Assembly: GCF_009827135.1 (NCBI RefSeq) | Contig: NZ_CP046534.1 | Span: 90,001-122,000 of the forward strand | Reading direction: 5' to 3' | Length of the DNA stretch: 32,000 nucleotides | Source: Blochmannia endosymbiont of Camponotus nipponensis | GTDB lineage: Bacteria > Pseudomonadota > Gammaproteobacteria > Enterobacterales > Enterobacteriaceae | Shown here: positions 30,984 to 32,000 of the stretch, piece after piece | How positions within the stretch are numbered: the stretch's first letter is position 1 | Layout of the letters: every line of letters starts with the position of its first letter | Made by a program: the position numbers and the translations under genes | Notes under the pieces: generated by a model | Database searches by the model: none | Seen by the model: only the letters and a program-made list of their open reading frames with translations | What the model was told of the DNA's origin: nothing

Positions 30984-32000
30984 TTAAGATTGAGCTAATT
31001 TATTTTTACTATATATTAACAGTGGTTTTGAGTGTCCAAAAATTACTGATTCGTCAATTATTACTTTATCTATATTATTTCTAGAAGGTAATTCATACAT
31101 TGTATCTAATAATATATCTTCTAAAATAGCCCTAAGTCCACGAGCTCCAATTTTTCTTTTCATAGCATTTTTAGCGATAGCAATTAATGATGTTTCAGAG
31201 AATTCTAATTCTATTCCATCTATATGAAATAGTATTTGATATTGTTTCATTAAAGCATTCTTTGGTTCTTTTAATATTTTAATTAATTCTTCTTCTCCCA
31301 ATTCATCAAGAACAGTAATTACTGGAAGTCGGCCAACAAATTCTGGAATCAAACCAAATTTAATTAAATCTTCTGGCTCAATTTGAGTTAATAATGAACA
31401 TTCAGTATTTTTTTTCACGTCGTTGTCTTCTAAAACTCGAAATCCAATTGCACGTTTATTAACAGTACGCTGTTGAACAATTTTATTCAAACCAAAAAAA
31501 GCACCTCCACAAATAAAAAGAATATTAGTAGTATCCACTTGTATAAATTCTTGCTGTGGATGTTTACGACCTCCTTGTGGTGGTACTGCAGCTGTAGTGC
31601 CTTCAATCAACTTTAACAAAGCTTGTTGAACCCCTTCTCCAGAAACATCCCGAGTAATAGAAGGGTTTTCTGATTTTCTAGAAATTTTATCTATTTCATC
31701 TATATAAATAATGCCTCGTTGTGCTTGACTCACATCATAATTACACCGCTGTAATAATTTCTGTATAACATTTTCTACATCCTCTCCTACATATCCCGCT
31801 TCTGTTAGAGTGGTTGCATCTGATATAGCAAATGGTACATTAAGGAAACTAGCCAATGTTTCTGCTAATAACGTTTTACCACTTCCTGCGGGACCAATCA
31901 ATAAAATATTGCTTTTGAATAATTTTATATTATTACCATTGTTATTTATGTACATCTCTGTATTACGTAAACGCTTGTAATGATTATATACTGCTACTGA
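30984..32000 (-). CDS. clpX: ATP-dependent Clp protease ATPase subunit ClpX, C-terminal ~338 aa (5' end lies right of the window)
   Basis: The frame stays open to nt 32000. [15 protein letters not shown] precedes the listed Met and matches E. coli ...[13 protein letters not shown]. Motifs: [16 protein letters not shown] (pore loop), IIYIDEIDK (Walker B), [10 protein letters not shown] (RKH loop), AIGF (IGF loop), GARGLR. Confidence 0.95.
   Translation of the reverse strand, partial: SVAVYNHYKRLRNTEMYINNNGNNIKLFKSNILLIGPAGSGKTLLAETLASFLNVPFAISDATTLTEAGYVGEDVENVIQKLLQRCNYDVSQAQRGIIYIDEIDKISRKSENPSITRDVSGEGVQQALLKLIEGTTAAVPPQGGRKHPQQEFIQVDTTNILFICGGAFFGLNKIVQQRTVNKRAIGFRVLEDNDVKKNTECSLLTQIEPEDLIKFGLIPEFVGRLPVITVLDELGEEELIKILKEPKNALMKQYQILFHIDGIELEFSETSLIAIAKNAMKRKIGARGLRAILEDILLDTMYELPSRNNIDKVIIDESVIFGHSKPLLIYSKNKLAQS

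Noticed and set aside
1-32000. A search for a novel accessory or defence system: transposases, integrases, phage genes, toxin-antitoxin pairs, CRISPR repeats, restriction-modification genes, tRNA or rRNA genes, or clusters of unknown ORFs.
   Set aside because: Every substantial ORF is a recognisable housekeeping gene in E. coli-like order. The remaining ORFs are antisense or low-complexity artefacts. No spaced repeat array or GC-rich structured-RNA patch is visible in the spacers.

Overview
This is a very AT-rich, gene-sparse stretch of a reduced gammaproteobacterial (Enterobacterales-derived) insect-endosymbiont genome. A Blochmannia-like organism is my best guess, but that is inference only. 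I support 23 protein genes, all housekeeping: recB (partial), recD, recC, lgt, rppH, lysA, lysS, prfB, ygfZ, ubiI, ubiH, zapA, ygfA, rpiA, fbaA, pgk, speB, metK, yqgE, ruvX, mutY, yggX and clpX (partial). From my memory of the E. coli K-12 map, order and orientation are a condensed, colinear copy of the recD-to-yggX region. The two exceptions are an inverted recB-recD block and a junction to clpX at the right edge. Genes are separated by long ORF-free spacers (roughly 0.2 to 0.8 kb), visibly more AT-rich than the genes, lying where E. coli carries genes that are absent here. I found no tRNA or rRNA genes, IS elements, integrases, phage genes, toxin-antitoxin pairs, CRISPR arrays or defence-like genes, and I see no evidence for a novel accessory system. 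The points worth a second look are smaller. First, prfB has a programmed +1 frameshift at a non-canonical UUU-UAA-C site. Second, ubiI is an intact ORF whose FAD fingerprints are eroded and which carries a T10 tract. Third, the ancestral 6S RNA (ssrS) slot looks too small and structureless. Fourth, speB lacks its neighbour speA. Fifth, several genes carry in-frame 10-nt homopolymers. I also revise three start codons (rppH, ygfZ, pgk).
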